In this document: piece by piece, positions 61,644-64,000 of the stretch
Position numbering within the stretch: position 1 is the first letter of the stretch
How the letters are laid out: each line of letters opens with the position of its first letter
From: Takakia lepidozioides
Taxonomy: Eukaryota > Plantae > Bryophyta
Direction of reading: 5' to 3'
DNA: 64,000 nt
Assembly (NCBI GenBank): GCA_030704615.1
Contig: CM060732.1
Coordinates: 54,250,001-54,314,000, forward strand
The notes under the pieces: model-generated
Database searches by the model: none
Seen by the model: only the letters and a program-made list of their open reading frames with translations
What the model was told of the DNA's origin: nothing
Made by a program: the position numbers and the translations under genes

Positions 61644-62659
61644 TTGGACATCGTTCAATCTGTCACAGCTCCTTACGTTTTGGAAGTCACAAACGGCATT
61701 CATAGCCATAGGGGATGAGCACGCAGCTTAGCATGAGGCAGACAGATCTGTTGGGTTTTCATGAACTATGTTTATATCAGCACATTGAGGTAATGGTGTA
61801 ATAGGAGCAGTAGGAGTAATCTCCCTACTCATTCAGGGGGTGTTCTCTCAAGAAAGAGTGAGTCTTATGATCTGTAAGGGAATCTTTGCAGTCACATTTT
61901 GTTATACATGGATGAGGATGCTGAAAACTTTTCTCCTGGCTTGTGAAGGTTATGATTGGTTTGTTTACTTTGAAAGCCACAAGATTGTATTTGATGTCCA
62001 GAAGAGCTACTTGGATTTCTAGCTTGAAAAGGACCAGCTCCTCAGGGGAAAAATCTCTTCACCTCCAGCTGGTTGCCGGGAAATAGGCTCATCAACAAAA
62101 GGCTCACCTAGCATCTTATTGAGATTTTCTACCCGGTGGTAGGAACATTGGTTGTCTTTCACCACTTGACAAAGATCCCTAGGTAGGTAGAGTAGAATCA
62201 GTTCCAGCTCTCACATGCTCGAAATGGGCAAGGATAGAACTTTCCAGCCTGGGTGTAAGAAATAGCACATTTTATATCTGAATTTTAATGATATGGCATT
62301 TTTTGTCCCTGTCAGCCCATGTTCTTACATTCCCATTTTGCAAGCAACTTGACTATTCCAGAAGAGTTGGTAGAATCCAAAAGCTAGAGTTGCAGGAACA
62401 TACAAGTGTACACGACCAGCCAAAGACAATTTGATCTACGAATTCCAGTTGTAACCATTATCTTGTTTTGAGGATGCCCATAGATTATGGAAATGTATGT
62501 GACAACTAAGATAGATGTGCAACTAAGCACAGTATATCAAAGTTTGGAGTCTCTCTTTTCCTTCTTTGGTAAGTCTTACACAAAGGCTCATTTACATAAT
62601 GGATATCAGCTAGATTTCTGTCTGAGTAGATATCCAAGCATGCATCAGTGCATCGTTAA

Positions 62660-64000
62660 CTATGCTAAATCCTCGTACCGCTTGGCCACATCTTTCCAAT
62701 TCACCACCTTCCAGATATTCTTCAGATAGTCAGGCCGCACGTTCTTGTACTGCAATCAATCGATCATCCCAACGCAACATTATTCGCCTATGCTGATGTT
62801 GGGTAGGCAAACTTTTATCTCACTGGAGGGTTGGCATAGACTGTTGCTTTGGACCTTTAAAAGCACCTACTTGGACATTCTTATGCATGGTGGCATACAG
62901 AAGGACAACTGGATCCTGGCAACATCGACCCTAATGTCCTTAGAGCCCTTTATTCAGCCTAGACTAGCTGACTGGCAGGAACCAAGAGCCGTAGCCAGCC
63001 GTCTGGACAGATAGTAAGGAAAATCAAGGGACTGTGTAGCTTCAGCTAAATATGAATAAAAGCTTCCAAACAGCTACAACATTGCAGTGGAAAGTAGACC
63101 CATTCACGGCCTGGTCAGATCTCCCTTTTCAATTAGTTGATCTTAAGTTCTATGCTGTGGTTGTGTATACTGGTGATTCTTACCTGCAAATAATAGGCAT
63201 GCTCCCACACATCGATTCCAAGCAATGGTACCAGACCTCTTGACACCAAGGGATCCTGGAGACATGGCCAACAAAGGCAACTTTGAGGAAAACACATATG
63301 TCCACAAATACTGTGAGAGCAGCCAACCATCAAAGCACTGGTAAGCGGCTGTTGCAAGCTATTATGGACCAGATCAAAAATTCAAGCTCAATCCTAATTA
63401 AAATCTGGCCTTTCAAGAGCAACCACTGAAGGGCATGCAACAAAAACAGTGAAGCAACTAAAAATTGTAGAAATTATGCACAGTGTGATGCCCTAGTTCC
63501 AGATACAATCTGCAAGTGCTAACGCGTAACTCAACAGGGTTATGAGACAGAAAGTGTGCCTGGTTTGCAGTCGTTTCTACTGAAAGCTTCTTGAAGTCCT
63601 TGTTAAAGCCCAGCCACTGGTGAACAAAAGAAATCAGCATCAGAAGAAAAACCTCCATCACTGGTACCGCTAGATCAGAACATAGAGAAAGCGGAAGTGT
63701 GCCAGCTAGCAAGAGGGGTTGCAGAAGTCCTTAATGACCATTTGGCAGTACCCACATGGAGTGGTAGCTCTGGTGCACTTATGTTCACAGCCCAAATCAC
63801 AACCACTCTTTCTCTCTCTCTTCCCCCTGGCCCCTTGCTCTGAGGCCAAGGCTAGGGTGTGGAGTTCATAGGTTGACATCAGATCTTAAAGAGTACGCAC
63901 CACCCAGCCGGACCCTTGCACTCCAGCACCGGCAGTACTCATTTTCGCGATCAGTCTATCCAAAGACCCAAACTGCATCTCAATGGCAGATGCTAGACTC
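62660..64000 (-). CDS. MSD1: Manganese superoxide dismutase, 3' exons (gene continues beyond the window)
   Basis: [24 protein letters not shown]|WLGFNK...VETTANQ|[24 protein letters not shown]|[29 protein letters not shown]. Confidence 0.95.

Overview
Eukaryotic nuclear DNA from a land plant. Short spliceosomal introns, compact gene spacing and a long PLS-class PPR gene suggest a non-seed plant such as a hornwort, lycophyte or fern (inference only). Host genes: MOS2/Spp2-type G-patch/KOW splicing factor, a PLS-type PPR with a truncated E region, a small protein with a conserved plant C-terminal motif, a large multi-exon gene with two tandem LSMT-type SET modules, RAE1, an alpha/beta hydrolase, a glyoxalase/VOC protein and the 3' part of MnSOD. 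The left 13.4 kb is a nested TE complex. A Ty3/gypsy element (tRNA-Ala PBS, extra ORF, gag, UUUAAAC -1 frameshift signal, protease, degenerate dUTPase, RT) has its LTR split by a 9 kb Mutator-like element with long TIRs, a 9-bp TSD and an Ulp1 protease gene. 40-50 kb is a mosaic of TE debris: a second MULE transposase, LTR/PBS pieces, a possible Penelope-like fragment and a MITE. The most striking signals are (i) RAE1 surrounded by antisense copies of itself, one inside its own intron covering a splice acceptor and one forming a ~500-bp foldback 10 kb downstream; (ii) a Crypton/DUF3504-like tyrosine-recombinase remnant; (iii) the dUTPase-bearing, frameshifting retrotransposon; (iv) the pseudo-SET + SET protein with a hydrophobic N-terminus. 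All calls come from reading the sequence; no searches were run.
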